Shown here piece after piece: positions 51,722 through 64,000 of a stretch of DNA of 64,000 bases. The notes beneath the pieces were generated by a model. The model saw only the letters and a program-made list of their open reading frames with translations. It searched no databases and was not told the origin of the DNA. Source of the stretch: Octopus sinensis (lineage: Eukaryota). A program made the translations under genes and the position numbers. The stretch is taken from positions 109,430,001 to 109,494,000 of the forward strand of contig NC_042997.1 of assembly GCF_006345805.1 (NCBI RefSeq), in the 5' to 3' direction. How positions within the stretch are numbered: position 1 is the first letter of the stretch; every line of letters starts with the position of its first letter.

Positions 51722-51765
51722 GTTGTTGTTGTTGTTGTTGTTGTTGCTGCTGCTGCTGCTGCTGT
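51584..51765. repeat. (AAT)n immediately followed by (ATT)n, then (GTT)n(GCT)n
   Basis: Direct reading; polarity switch at ~51639. Confidence 0.96.
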
Positions 51766-51809
51766 TCTTGTTGTTTTAATTATTTTTGTTATTGTTTACC
51801 TTCTGTTCC

Positions 51810-51925
51810 CAGTTCAAATTCCGCTGTGGTCGACTCTACCTTTCATCTTTCCTGGGTCGATAAAATAAGTACCAGCTGAACACTTGGGTCGATGTAATCG
51901 ACTAACCTCCTCCCACAAATTTCAA
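51810..51925 (+). mobile_element. SINE family A-related, 5'-truncated
   Basis: AGTTCAAATTCCGCTGTGGTCGACTCTACCTTTCATCTTTCCTGGGTCGATAAAATAAGTACCAG. Confidence 0.8.
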
Positions 51926-52011
51926 ACGTTCTGTCTATAGCAGAAACGATTAGCATAATAATAATAATAATAATAATAAATAATAATAATAATAATAAAT
52001 AATAATAATAA

Positions 52012-52418
52012 TAAGCCGACAGACCAGATATAGTTGTCAGAGATCATGAAGAAACAAAAATGCTTTCTACTTGATGTATCAATACCAGCAGATGACAATG
52101 TGTCTCTAAAAGAAATGGAGAAACTTTCAAAATACAAAGACCTGGAAATAGAGGTAACTCGAATGTGGAGTCTAAAAACAGAAACAATTCCTATCATAGT
52201 AGGTGCATTAGTCATGATAAAAAATTATTCAGACAAATACATAATAAAAATACCAGGACTTACAAACACATATAACATACTGGGCACTGCACACATCCTA
52301 CGCAAAACACTTTCAATACAGTAACCATCAGAGCACCACAACAAATCACAGCACATGCCCAAGGCACACAGAGCTGCGCTCAGTAGTGAAGTGAAAGCAC
52401 GCTATAAAAATAAAACTA

Positions 52419-52421
<3 letters not shown>
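52012..52421 (+). mobile_element. R4/Dong LINE lineage A, short 3' fragment flanked by (TAA)n on both sides
   Basis: RPDIVVRDHEETKCFLLDVSIPADDNVSLKEMEKLSKYKDLE...; ends AAAACTACTG-(AAT)n. Confidence 0.95.
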
Positions 52422-52450
<29 letters not shown>

Positions 52451-55400
52451 CGGGGACGTTTAAGAGAAAGACACCGGGGACGTTTAAGATGTAAGAAGGA
52501 AAATACAGAGCTCCGAAATCTATCCACAAACATCGAAAACAAGGACACCCTATGGAGCCAAAGATTTACTAACAAAGAATTGGACTATATCCGAGTAAGT
52601 AATACGAATTGAAATTTATTACTATTTTCGAAACGAAATGATGTATTTTGACTCGATATTATCTCGACCTCTAACACAACACATGTAAACATGCGTGGAA
52701 CAACACGATCATCCCTGACCTCAAACACCATGTACAAAGGAACTACGAAGAAATTAAATGCCACCGATACTATTCAACCCAAGAATAACAATCGAGCGGT
52801 ACGTACATTAAACCTACAACAAAAAAACGTACGAAAAGCTACACGTGCGAAATAATGTGACAACAGAAATAAATAAACGGACCGGTACCCTACGAAAATG
52901 ACGACCGTCAAAATAATGGGCCGGACGTTGTACCTCATGTCCCGCAATTAAACCCAAAAGACGTAAATGGACACGTGAGGAATACATTTCTATCTTACAC
53001 GCATACTTCACAGCAATGCTCTACCACAAATGAAAATACAACAACACACACATATAAAATATGGAAGGAAAATAATAGAGATATAGACTTGGATACAGCA
53101 ATGAACCCTAATAAATTAGCTAACGTACGAAGATACATTCTCAAAGCCAAAAAAATATCAGAAATAGAAATAGAACATTTAAAAGAAAAAATACACCAGG
53201 AAAATGTAGATAGAAGCCACACAACAATGCCCAATAATATAAACACTGAAACTGTAAAACACGAAGACAAACGCAACATTCCCAACAAACACGATGTAAA
53301 CAACGAAGGGGAGCTAATGATTATGATAATATAAAAATAAAATAATCAAAGAACTAAAAACCACAGAGCTCAAAATGGACACCGACCATACCTCCCAAGA
53401 TTAAAAATAAACGCAATAACAACACCAATTATAAACAACATAAACCTAGCCGTCACTGAACTAGCCACTGAAACAAAAAAAAAGTGATCACTGAACTAAA
53501 TGACTTGATATACGCAGCAGCCACTGCAGCCACAAAAGAAGCTGGATACTCACCCAAACCCGCCCAAACAGAAGTACCACCACCCAAACAAACCCTGTGG
53601 ATAAATAACATCCAAAACAAAATAAAAAAAATTAGAAAAGACCTGTCGATTCTTAATGAAATCAGCAATCAAGCAACGCTACTGAGCAACAAAAAGAGAA
53701 CAAAAATGCTCGCAAATATAACATCACAGAAAAGATTTGCCGGAGATAAAAGAAAAGCTGAAGCAAGTATATCCTTGCCAAAGCTCAAAGGATCCGCCGG
53801 TACGAGAAACGCCAACGCTTCTTTGAACAGAACAAAAAGTTCAACTCCGACCCCAAAAAGTTCTACCAAGAACTGGGCAAAAATAAAATAGAAGTCACTG
53901 CAGCACCAACGGCAGAAGAATTGGAAGAATTCTGGAAAGAAATATGGTCGGCGAACGAACAGCCAAAAAAAAGGAGTATGAAAATAACAAACTCGGCATC
54001 TGACACAACTTTGGACCCCCATAAAAACTGAAGAGGTCACCCAGGCACTGCAAAAACTAAGCAACTGGAAGGCACCTGGGCATGACAAGATCCCCAACTT
54101 CTGGTTGAAATATCTAACAGGAATGCACAAAAAGCTGGCTGAAAACTTTAACAGCATACTAACAGAGCCAGAGACAATGCCTGAATGGCTCACGAAGGGG
54201 GAAAAACCATCTTAATTCCCAAATCAAATGAAACAAACAAACCAGAAACTACAGACCAATAACCTGCCTCCCTACTATGTTCAGGCATTTACTGCAGTGA
54301 TATCGCAAAGGCTGAACAAGCACCTGGACGAAAACAAAAATGTTCCCAGAAGAGCAGAAAGGATGCCGCAAGGGCCTCATATGGCTGTAAAGATCAACTA
54401 ATGATTAATAAAGCCGTAACTGAAGACAGCCACAGAAAGAAGAAAGGCCTCAGTATGGCCTGGATTGACTACAAAAAGGCGTTTGATAGCATCCCCCACA
54501 CATGGATCCTCGAAACACTAGCCATTAACAAAGTAGCACCAACAATCATAAAATTCATAGAGCACCCTATGAATAAATGGCAAACAGTCCTACACCTCCA
54601 AACAAAGAGGGACTCATGAAAACCAAAGACATCCCCATTAGAAGAGGAATATTCCAGGAAGACACGCTCTCTCCACTCCTTTTCTGCTTGGCACTGTCAC
54701 CTCTATTTGATATGCTAAATAGAACTGGATGCGGATATAAATGTTACGGCAAAACGATCAGCCACCTTTTATATATGGATGACCTAAAACTATACGCTGC
54801 AAATGACAAACAGCTGGAGACACTATTAAAGACAGTTCATGGATTTACAAAGAAATAGATATGAAATTTGGATTAGAAAAATGCGCCAAAGTAACATGAA
54901 AAGAGGAAAACTAGTTAAGAGTAACAACATCACACTAGATAAAAACCAATGAAATAAAAGAATTAGACCAAAGCCAAACTTACAAATACTTAGGATCCAT
55001 GAACTAGATAAGACACAACACCACAATGAAAGAGAAAATAAAAAAAGAATATTATAGACGAGTTAGATCATACTAAAAACAGAGCTCAATGCTAAAAACA
55101 AGATAATAGGTATCAACACTTTAGCTGTCCCAGTTATAAGTTACAGCTACAATATCCTTAACTGGACACGAAATGAACTGTCCAAAATAGATAGGAAAAC
55201 AAGAAAAATACTGACAGGATCTAGGATGCATCACCCAAAATCTGACATAGAAAGACTATATATACAAACGATAGAAGGTGGTAGAGGCCTTATACAGCTG
55301 GAAAACTACTATAAAATAACCACCATAGGACTGCAAAAATACCTAATTCAGAAGGAAGGAAAACTGATCCAGATAGCAGCAAAACACGAGCAAAACAAAA

Positions 55401-56424
55401 AACTGTTCTCAGTATTTAAGGAAGCTGACAAATACAAACAAGAAATCATACCACCTAATAACACAAAAGAAGAAGAAGAGGATGATGAGAAACAACAAAA
55501 GCTATATAAAACAAATGAAATCCAAACTAAAAATAGAACAGCAACGAACCATGATAAAACGATGGCAAGAAAAGCCCCTTCATGGTAAATACTGCACTAA
55601 ACTAAACGCAAAAGAAATAGACAAGAAAAATCCCAGCAATGGTTGAGAAGCTCAGGACTCAAAGCAGAAACAGAGGGATTTTTAATTGCAGCAGCACAAG
55701 ACCAAAGCCTCCCCACCAGAAATTGCCAAAAACATGTAATGAAAAGAAATATTACAAGTAACTGCAGAATATGTGGAGATGGACAAGAAACAATAAATCA
55801 TATTATCTCTAGCTGCCCAGTCCTGGCCAAGAAGGAATATATTCACAGACATGACAGAGTTGGAACCTACATACATTGGAAGCTATGCCAACATTATGGA
55901 ATACCAACAGAAAAAAGATGGTATAGGCACACACCAGAAAAGGTCACAGAAAACGAGAAAGCAACCATACTCTGGGATATGCCGATACACACAGATAGAG
56001 AAATTAAGGCCAACAGACCAGATATAGTTGTCAGAGATGATGAAGAAACAAAATGCTTTCTAATTGATGTATCAATACCAGCAGATGACAACGTGTCTCT
56101 AAAAGAAATGGAGAAACTCTCAAAATACAAAGACCTGGAAATAGAGGTAACTAGAATGTGGAACCTGAAAACAGAAACAATTCCTATCATAGTAGGTGCA
56201 TTAGGCATGATAAAAAAAATTCAGACAAATACATAACAAAAACACCAGGACTTACAAACACATATAAGATACAGAAAATTGCACTACTGGGTACTGCACA
56301 CATCCTACGCAGAACACTTTCCATACAATAACCATCAGAGCATCACAACAAATCACAGCACATACCCAAGGCACACAGAGCTGCGCGGTAGTGAAGTGAA
56401 AGCACGCTATAAAAATAAAAACTA

Positions 56425-56427
<3 letters not shown>
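52451..56427 (+). mobile_element. Near-full-length R4/Dong-clade LINE (~3.98 kb): N-terminal domain, RT, CCHC and RLE; single ORF broken by indels
   Basis: The N-terminus reads KRKWTREEY...LANVRRYI and ITELNDLIYAAA. RT motifs include KAPGHDKIPNFWLK, DYKKAFDSIPH, RGIFQEDTLSPLLF and YMDDLKLY (54772-54783). The RLE has CRICGDGQETINHIISSC, RHD, RPDIVV and K..KY. The stop is at 56329-56331 and (TAA)n flanks both sides. Confidence 0.97.
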
Positions 56428-56760
<333 letters not shown>

Positions 56761-56761
56761 G

Positions 56762-56895
56762 GCTGGGCTTCGTTCCGTTTCTGTCAACCAAATCCACCTA
56801 CAAGGCTTAGTCGGCCCTAGGCTATAGCAGAAGATACTTGGCCAAGGTGCCACACGGTGAGACTGGGCCCAGAAGCATACGGTTAGGAAGCAAAT
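56762..56895 (-). mobile_element. SINE family B, 5' half
   Basis: GGGCTTCGTTCCGTTTCTGTCAACCAAATCC...GCTATAGCAGAAGATACTTGGCCAAGGTGCCACAC. Confidence 0.85.
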
Positions 56896-57072
56896 ACTTG
56901 ATGTAGTTTAATTAATCTGGCAGAAAACATCATTATTGAAGCTGTAGCATTGATAGTCTTTGATCAAGTACTGCAGATTAAATTTCATTAAAATGGTAAG
57001 GTTTACATTTCTGTGCCTACAATGGTAAATTTTACATACACTGGGTCATTATAGAATAAATTTCTTCGATAT

Positions 57073-57304
57073 ATATATTTCTTTACGACCCACAAGGGGC
57101 TAAACACAGTGGGGACAAACAAGGACAGACAAACGGATTAAGTCGATTACATCAACCCCAGTGAATTGGTACTTAATTTATCGACCCCGAAAGGATGAAA
57201 GGCAAAGTCGACCTCGGCGGAATTTGAACTGAGAACGTAACGACAGACGAAATACGGCTACGCATTTCGCCCGGCGTGCTAACAATTCTGCCAGCTCGCC
57301 GCCT
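57073..57304 (-). mobile_element. SINE family A, full length, 17-bp TSD (1 mismatch)
   Basis: Reverse complement of the A consensus; TAAATTTCTT(C/G)GATATA at 57056-57072 and 57305-57321. Confidence 0.95.
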
Positions 57305-57829
57305 TAAATTTCTTGGATATAGTCACAGCAAGCTGGTGAAGAGATTCGAAAATAATTCCCTTTCCTTTATAAGCTGACCCCTTATCGATCTGAAGAACTC
57401 ACTTGGTTGGGTTAATGATTATATATCAACCCTGTACTCGCAACATGTATTCTATTAATCAGTCTGTCGTGAAGTTCTGTTGTTTTATGATATCGATGAC
57501 ATAACGAATATCTGTTGGATGATGACCTCACTTGGTCTCAATGAAAATTCTTCGCTGACAACGTCTGTTATCTACTGACATCTGATCTCTTTTATAATCT
57601 CTTACTCTCTGATGTAAGTTCATTTCTCTAATCCCCTGATATCTCTAGTTGTCTGACTTTTATAATCGCATGAAAAATTATCAAGTCTTGTATTAGGATC
57701 AACCGCATTAAAGGCTCCCCCAGTTTTCTCAGTGAGTTATTATCGTAACTTTAATCACAAATCTTAATCAGTTTCTTTATTCAAATATCGCAAATATAAT
57801 ATTGTCTAATGTCAACTTATTTATGGAAA

Positions 57830-58050
57830 TTTCATTTAATCAAGATTAGAATTTCTAATTGCCTTTTCAGAACAGCATTGGACACCACAACAATTTATTT
57901 TCACTCAGCTCCCAAAATAATGGTCTGCTTTTACTAATTCTATAGAACTTTCTCTTACAATAAAGTCATCTTCTTTTACTTTACATTTATCTTTCCTATT
58001 TTAATTCTTCTCTAGAATTAGGAAAGTAGAAGAAGCAAATGTCCCTCTAT
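57830..58050 (-). mobile_element. Possible very old CR1-type LINE 3' remnant
   Basis: There is a weak resemblance on the minus strand (AGAGGGACAT...GTAAGAGAAAGTTCTATAGAATTAGTAAAAG) to the CR1 TRGH...R..F..R(V)V region. FADN/ADSAK-like RT remnants lie at ~57550 and ~50115. Confidence 0.3.
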
Positions 58051-58768
58051 TTCATTGATGCTTAATCTACACACCATATTCTGTGTCGTATGTGAGGCAG
58101 TGGTGACATTGCTATCACAATGATGCTGACACGAATGTTCACTCCACTGAAATAACACCTCTATATTGAATAGTAATTAGAAATCCTTCCTCCACATCGG
58201 TAAATCCCACTGGAATCTATGTTGCTAATAGCGCTGCCATAGTTAGTACGTCATAACTCTCATGTTCTCTTTTTCTTATGATCTTAGAAACTAGATACGA
58301 ATATAAAACAACAGATTTCGAAAAAAAGTTTAAAAAGAACACAAAATATACGAGCTATCCATTATTTCCAGAATATAATATTTTTTTGGATGCACTAAAA
58401 GGATTTCAAAAATATCTGTCAGAGAAAGAATGGAGGAAGAATAAAGGAATAAATAAATAAATAAATGTATAAACGAAATAAATAACAAGAATATGGAAAA
58501 TAATTTTACGGAAATGTATTTCTATATTGTATATTCGTTGGATGTTAGATACAGGATTGGGGAAACTGGGACAGAAAATGGGGAATAAGGAAGATGAGAA
58601 ATGAGAAATATTGAGTGTGTAGATAATGGAATATAAGGCCCAAGATGGGAGCTTAGCATGGAAGATAAATATTAAAATGGAATAGAGGGAAAATATCATC
58701 AAAATGGAAGATGAAAAGAACAAATAAAATGAAATCGTATCTAGTTTTTTTACATATGTGTACGTGTG

Positions 58769-58800
<32 letters not shown>

Positions 58801-59235
58801 GTGGTGTGTGTGTGTGCGTGCGTGTGTGTGTGTGCGCGTGTTTATATATACCTACATCCGTACAAAAATATGTTGAAAGAGGTGAGAAAAAGAAGAGAGT
58901 GGGAAGCAAAAAGTGAGAGAGACGTTGACAGTGATTTCGTTATAGGTATAACGGGGGGAAAGTTGTGGAAACTCTTTCTGATTGAGAGAAGAGGAAGAAT
59001 CTGGCCATGAAATTCGGTGTCGAATTTGTATTCTTGAAATAAGATAAACAACCGAAAATAAAACATTTATTTGAAGAATTCTAACATTGTCCATCGACAG
59101 CGCTTCTGTTACCTCTTTGCGCTTCTACCGCTTCCTCCGAAATAATTACCAACATCTTTCTCTTTATTTTCTTTCTCCTTTTCTCCCATGTATGTATTAT
59201 GTATGTGTATGTATGTGTGTGTACATATATATATA

Positions 59236-59625
59236 TTTTATCTTTTATCGTTTCCTTGTTTCAGTCATTTGATTGCGTCCATACTGGAGCATCGCCTTGA
59301 AAGTGTTTAGTCAGATGAATCGACACCAGTACGCGTTTGTATTAAGCCTGGTACTTATTCTATCGGGCTCCTTTGCCGAACCACTAAACATACCGGTTGT
59401 CAAGCAGTAGTGGGGAGATACACGGACATAAAGATACACACACACATACATGCACACAGACTCACACACAGACACACACAGACACACACGCACATACGAT
59501 AAGCTTCTTCCAGTTTCCGTCTTCCAAGTCCATTCATGTGGCTTTGGTCGGTCCGGCTATAGTAGAAGGCACTTGCCCAATGTTCCATGCAGTGGGACTG
59601 AATCCAGAACCATGTGTTTGGGAAG
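59236..59625 (-). mobile_element. SINE family B, near full length, internal (CA)n
   Basis: Colinear with 16806-17190. Confidence 0.9.
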
Positions 59626-60076
59626 CAGGCTCAGATAGATGCTATTTTCCCTGGTGTAAACTTTGCTAAGTTCCATTCTGCCATCGTTTTGGTGATTTTC
59701 GAGATTAGGCTTGGCTTCGGTCACAAGTGTAATTGGGCGCTATAGTGTTGGTAAATTTAACCACAAAAGACGTGTTCCGTTGCTGCCCCAGGATAACTGT
59801 TGTTGTTCTTAGGGATCGATCGTTTGTATATTCATAGTTACATACCAATTGTAGGTTCCTGTTAAAATTAAGATTGTGGTTATGTAATTGCAGCTCGACA
59901 ATATGAAGTGATGACACGGCAGCGTAGAACTTTTGGAACAATAGAAATATTTTATACCAGCAGAGTCTGTCTCACATTCAAGTTTTGAATAACATAGAGA
60001 ATTAGAACTTTCATAGCGACTTCTATCATAAAGCATCGGCTTTCGATTTCAGTCTGATTCACTGCTGATGCTCTGC

Positions 60077-60444
60077 TGTTGCTGTTGCTGTTGACCGTAG
60101 CGGTCTTCGTGGGAGAAGTCCGAAACGAGGTCCTTTGCTATTCGTAAAACCCGCAGAAGAGAAAGCAGGTCAACCCCCGACACCGAGAGCATGGACGGAT
60201 GGATGAATGCGCATCCAGGCTCAGCGGCTGCGTAGGATGTCGGGGACAAGAAACAGGAAGAAAGAGTGAGAGAAAGTTGGGGTGAAGGAGTACAACAGGG
60301 GTCGTCACCACCCCCTGCCGGAGCCACGTGGAGATTTAGGTGTTTTCGCTCAATAAACACACACAACGCCTGGTCTGGGAATCGAAACCGCGATCCCCCG
60401 ACCGCGAGTCCGCTGCCCTAACCATTAGGCCATTGCGCCTCCAC
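60077..60444 (-). mobile_element. SINE family E head with tail type 3 ending in (CAACAG)n; 16-17 bp TSD
   Basis: Same head as 37713; CACTGCTGATGCTCTGC at 60060-60076 and 60442-60458. Confidence 0.93.
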
Positions 60445-60679
60445 TGCTGATGCTCTGCAAAGCTCAGGTAAGATTTAACATACAAGAGTACTAATCTCCT
60501 ATCTGGGCCACTTCTGTTGCAAACCACACACACACACACACGCAAACCAGTCTCATAAGACTACTCCCTTATATGAGGTGCTACTCATGCTTCTGCTCAT
60601 AAAACACACCTAAAACGCACCCAGCGATTGACAAACCTTCATTCACCAATTCCCTACAATCTCTGATTCACCGTCTTTG

Positions 60680-60870
60680 CATTGCTGGCAGAATCGTTAG
60701 CGCGCCGGGCGAAATGCGTTGCGGCATTTCGTCTGTCTTAACCGTCTGAGTTCGAATTCCGCCAAGGTCAACATTGCTTTTCATCCTTTCATGGTCGATA
60801 GAATAAGTACCAGTTGAATACTGGGGTCGATCTGATCGACTTATGCCCCTCCCCACAAATTTCAGGATTA
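60680..60870 (+). mobile_element. SINE family A-related, older subfamily
   Basis: GCTGGCAGAATCGTTAGCGCGCCGGGCGAAATGCG...TTTCATCCTTTCATGGTCGATAGAATAAGTACCAG. Confidence 0.87.
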
Positions 60871-60942
60871 TTTCTTGTCTGTATCTTTCACTTGTTACAA
60901 CGGTGTCTACTCCTTTGAACACGCAAGATAATCTATCTATCC

Positions 60943-61362
60943 AAATCCACCCAACAGGTATGCTTCTCTCTCTCTCCCACTTGTCACTCTACCCGAATCC
61001 ACCCAACACGTATGCTTCTTCTTCTCCCCTTCTCAATCTACCCGAATCCACCCAACACTATGCTTCTTCTTCTGCGGCTTCTCAATCTACCCGAATCCAC
61101 CCAACACGTATGCTTCTTCTCCACCTTCTCAAGCTACCCGAATTCACCCAACACGTATGCTCCTTCTCCTCTTCTCAATCTACCCGAATTCACCCAACAC
61201 TATGCTTCTTCTTCTCCCTCTTCTCAATTTACCCGAATCCATCCAACACGCATGCTTCTCCTTATCACTCTACCCGAATCCACCCAACATGTATGCTTCT
61301 TCGTCTACCCTTTTCACTCTACCCGAATCCACCCGACACGTATGCTTCTTCTTCTCCCCTTC
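60943..61362 (+). repeat. Minisatellite, ~9 units of ~42-50 bp, core CTACCCGAATCCACCCAACACGTATGCTTC
   Basis: Direct reading; a constant core is followed by a variable CT-rich spacer. Confidence 0.93.
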
Positions 61363-61753
61363 TCCTCTTCTTCTTAGTTTCAATTTCAACACTAAACACT
61401 TCCACTTAAGACTTCACCTTCCACACCCCCACTACATCCTCTACACCTCCACACCCCCATTATATCCTTCTCGTTATTCATTTATGGGTATTTAAACTAT
61501 ACTGTCTACATAACTCTGACTACAATGTCATGACCTACAGACGTCATGACCACTGCTTACCCCTCTTTGACTTCGCTGTGTCTATAAATGCCAGTTCTGT
61601 AATTTACTGAATTTTAAAAGAACCCGTCTTGATTTTTGAACCCCTGAAAGTTGTCTGCACGAGATGGAAGACATTAGAACCATGATGCTTCTCGAGATAT
61701 GAGTCGCATGAAGTTCCGTATCACTTTTGTGGGTTAATATATTTGGCGTTCAC

Positions 61754-61987
61754 TAAAGGCGGCGAGTTGGCAAAATCGTTAGCACGCCGGGCGAAATGGG
61801 TAGCCGTATTTCGTCTGCCGTTACGTTCTGAGTTCAAATTCCGCCGAGGTCGACTTTACCTTTCATCCTTTCGGGGTCCATAAATTAAGTACCAGTTACG
61901 CACTGGAGTCGATGTAATCGACTTAATCCGTTTGTCTGTCCTTGTTTGTCCCCTCTATGTTTAGCCCCTTGTGGGTAACAAAGAAAC
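61754..61987 (+). mobile_element. SINE family A, full length, 17-bp TSD (1 mismatch)
   Basis: ATATA(T/C)TTGGCGTTCAC at 61737-61753 and 61988-62004. Confidence 0.95.
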
Positions 61988-62415
61988 ATATACTTGGCGT
62001 TCACCCTAGCGTGGTGCTTGCCCTATCATCTCTTACACCAAGTTGAGACGTCAATTACTTCCCTTCATAAGAAATCAACGTCAACTGACGGTCAAAGAAC
62101 CGCTTTCGATTGTGACCTTTTGTGACTGCAGTGTTTGTCCAAGTGTGCTGGAATGAAAGCAGCATCCATGAAGCAAAGTGTGAAGACAGAATGGAACACA
62201 TTTGCGCCTGGGATTTTTTTCTACTTTTTCGTTTTTCTACAGGTGACTGATAGTAGTTCATAGAACGCTGGGAAATGGTTCCGACCTTCCTCCGAAGTAT
62301 TTTCTTTCATCCGATAGAAGTCAGGACTTTGTAGCAACAGTATGATTCTCTCATTATGTAAAGAGAAATAAGAATCAATGCGTAGACGTCTATGTTCTTT
62401 TAAGCACTGTTTATA

Positions 62416-62710
62416 ATCACGTGATCGACAAGATTATCGAATGTTGTTATACATCGCTGGTCACAATGCACTTTGTAACGTTTTTATCTTTCGAATGATG
62501 CCATCCTGCTGGCTTGGCGAATAGCCAACATTTCCCCTGATCGCGTGGGGGTGGGGATCCGTCGTGGGCTAACCCATTTATAGCTGAGTGGACTGGGGGA
62601 AAGTGAAATGAAGTGTTTTGCTCAAGAACACAGCACTCTGCACGGTCCAGGAATCGAACCCACGATCTAGCGATCGTGAGACAACACCCTGCTAGACCAC
62701 GCATCCTCAC
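62416..62710 (-). mobile_element. SINE family D head with tail type 1
   Basis: Head like 41250-41369; the tail ATCACGTGATC...ACATCGCTGGTCACAATGC...TTCGAATGATGCCA matches 38037-38140. Confidence 0.85.
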
Positions 62711-62992
62711 GTGTTTATAACAAAATATTCATACTTATTTATTTACTATAAACCTTCTACTGTATTCATAAAAGCCCTTCATATCTCACTATAAAAGGCT
62801 CGACTCCCTTTTCAACAGGTAAATATATCTCCCCCCAAACCCCCACGTCCCTAAATTGTATCCTTTTCTCCTATCGCAGACTTTTGCATCTGTTCGCCTC
62901 TGCTACTAACATTTTCTTAATTACCATTCTCACCTTTACATTTCTCCTATTCCTGCAGCTCAGCAGCTAAACAATATCAACATACATACTTC

Positions 62993-63096
<104 letters not shown>

Positions 63097-63438
63097 TCCT
63101 CTCCTTCCCTCTCTCTGTGTACTCTTCATGTACCTCAAATTCTAGCTGCCTTTGAATGTTTAGTCTCTGCTGCTGGTATAAATTTAATATGGCTGCCTCA
63201 TATAATTTCGCCCATAAAGAAAGAAATAAACTTTCGCTCGCAGTCCATATTTCTTTTCCCTCTTTGCGTTTTTCCTTCTGCTTCTAATTTTCTCTCCAAC
63301 AACATCTGTGTTGAGTAATCTTTACTTGTTTGTACAAGCTACTACTACTACTACTACGACTTGTTACTGCTCTCGTGCAAGTAGCAACGGAGTCCGTTTT
63401 ATATATCCTTAGTATTCCTTTTCATTTTATTTACTCAG

Positions 63439-63571
63439 CTGCTATTGTCTATTCCATCGTATTCAACAGCAGAAGATGCTTTAGTCACCTTAATCAGCAT
63501 CAAACTCAAAGACAACAAACAACCAATAAAGACTTCTTACAGTTCATTTGATTGGTTGTTGCAGTTCACAG
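63439..63571 (+). CDS. Candidate internal coding exon (unidentified)
   Basis: tttcattttatttactcag| open frame LLLSIPSYSTAEDALVTLISIKLKDNKQPIKTSYSSFDWLLQFT G|gtaaaa. Splice sites are good but no homolog was recognised. Confidence 0.3.
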
Positions 63572-64000
63572 GTAAAAACTAATAAACCAGCCCACACAAC
63601 ATGCAGTTTAATTAACACTGATCAATCGCTTCTCGACTTGTTGAATTTCGTATTCATGAAGCACTCCACACACAAACCAGACGACCTCGCGGTCGCCTTT
63701 GATGAAGTTGTGCGCCATTCTTTCATAAGGTTTGGCTGTGGAAGGATCATTGTAATAAATGCTTTCTTTCTTCCATGCGACTCTCACCTTCGGAGAGCGA
63801 TTTTTACCTGTTCTTTATAAATTGGCGGCGATTGTTTTGACGTTGAATGTGTGTGTGTGTATGTGTGTGTGTGTGTGTGTGCATGTGCGTGTGCGTGTGT
63901 GTGTGCGTGCATGTGTAGATACATATACGCAGATATACAAACATGCACACACACACACATCACAGTAACGACAAGACTATCAGACGCTGTTATGCACCGT

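Noticed and set aside
60943-61362. CRISPR-like repeat-spacer appearance and Pro/Ser-rich ORFs
   Set aside because: The context is eukaryotic, the spacers are mutually similar low-complexity sequence, there are no cas genes, and all three frames are open simply because the repeat lacks stops.

Overview
AT-rich, microsatellite-saturated eukaryotic DNA that looks intronic or intergenic. The SINE families and repeat landscape are most consistent with an Octopus (cephalopod) genome; this is my inference from recognising the repeats, not a database result. There is a 100-N scaffold gap at 9080-9179. No host protein-coding gene can be named: most listed ORFs are translations of (TA)n/(CA)n/(TAA)n/(TATG)n/(GATA)n tracts, and the rest are mostly transposon fragments. 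A few splice-site-bounded unique islands may be exons of an unidentified large gene. Mobile elements dominate. (1) R4/Dong-clade RT + restriction-like-endonuclease (RLE) LINEs sit in (TAA)n tracts: one ~4 kb near-full-length copy at 52451-56427, a same-orientation stack of three elements at 26.6-30.3 kb, and at least three distinct lineages. (2) Penelope-like (GIY-YIG) fragments. (3) An RTE LINE 3' end. (4) Tc1/mariner remnants. (5) Five or more tRNA-headed SINE families (working labels A-E) with shuffled heads and tails. The most notable observations are minimal type I hammerhead-ribozyme motifs: one is the central loop of a ~325 bp fold-back element (46612-46936), one lies in a different repeat at 11267-11301, and a degenerate relative at 13068-13103 shows stem covariation. 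There is also a ~1 kb genomic palindrome at 37492-38535. All alignments, pairings and counts were done by eye.
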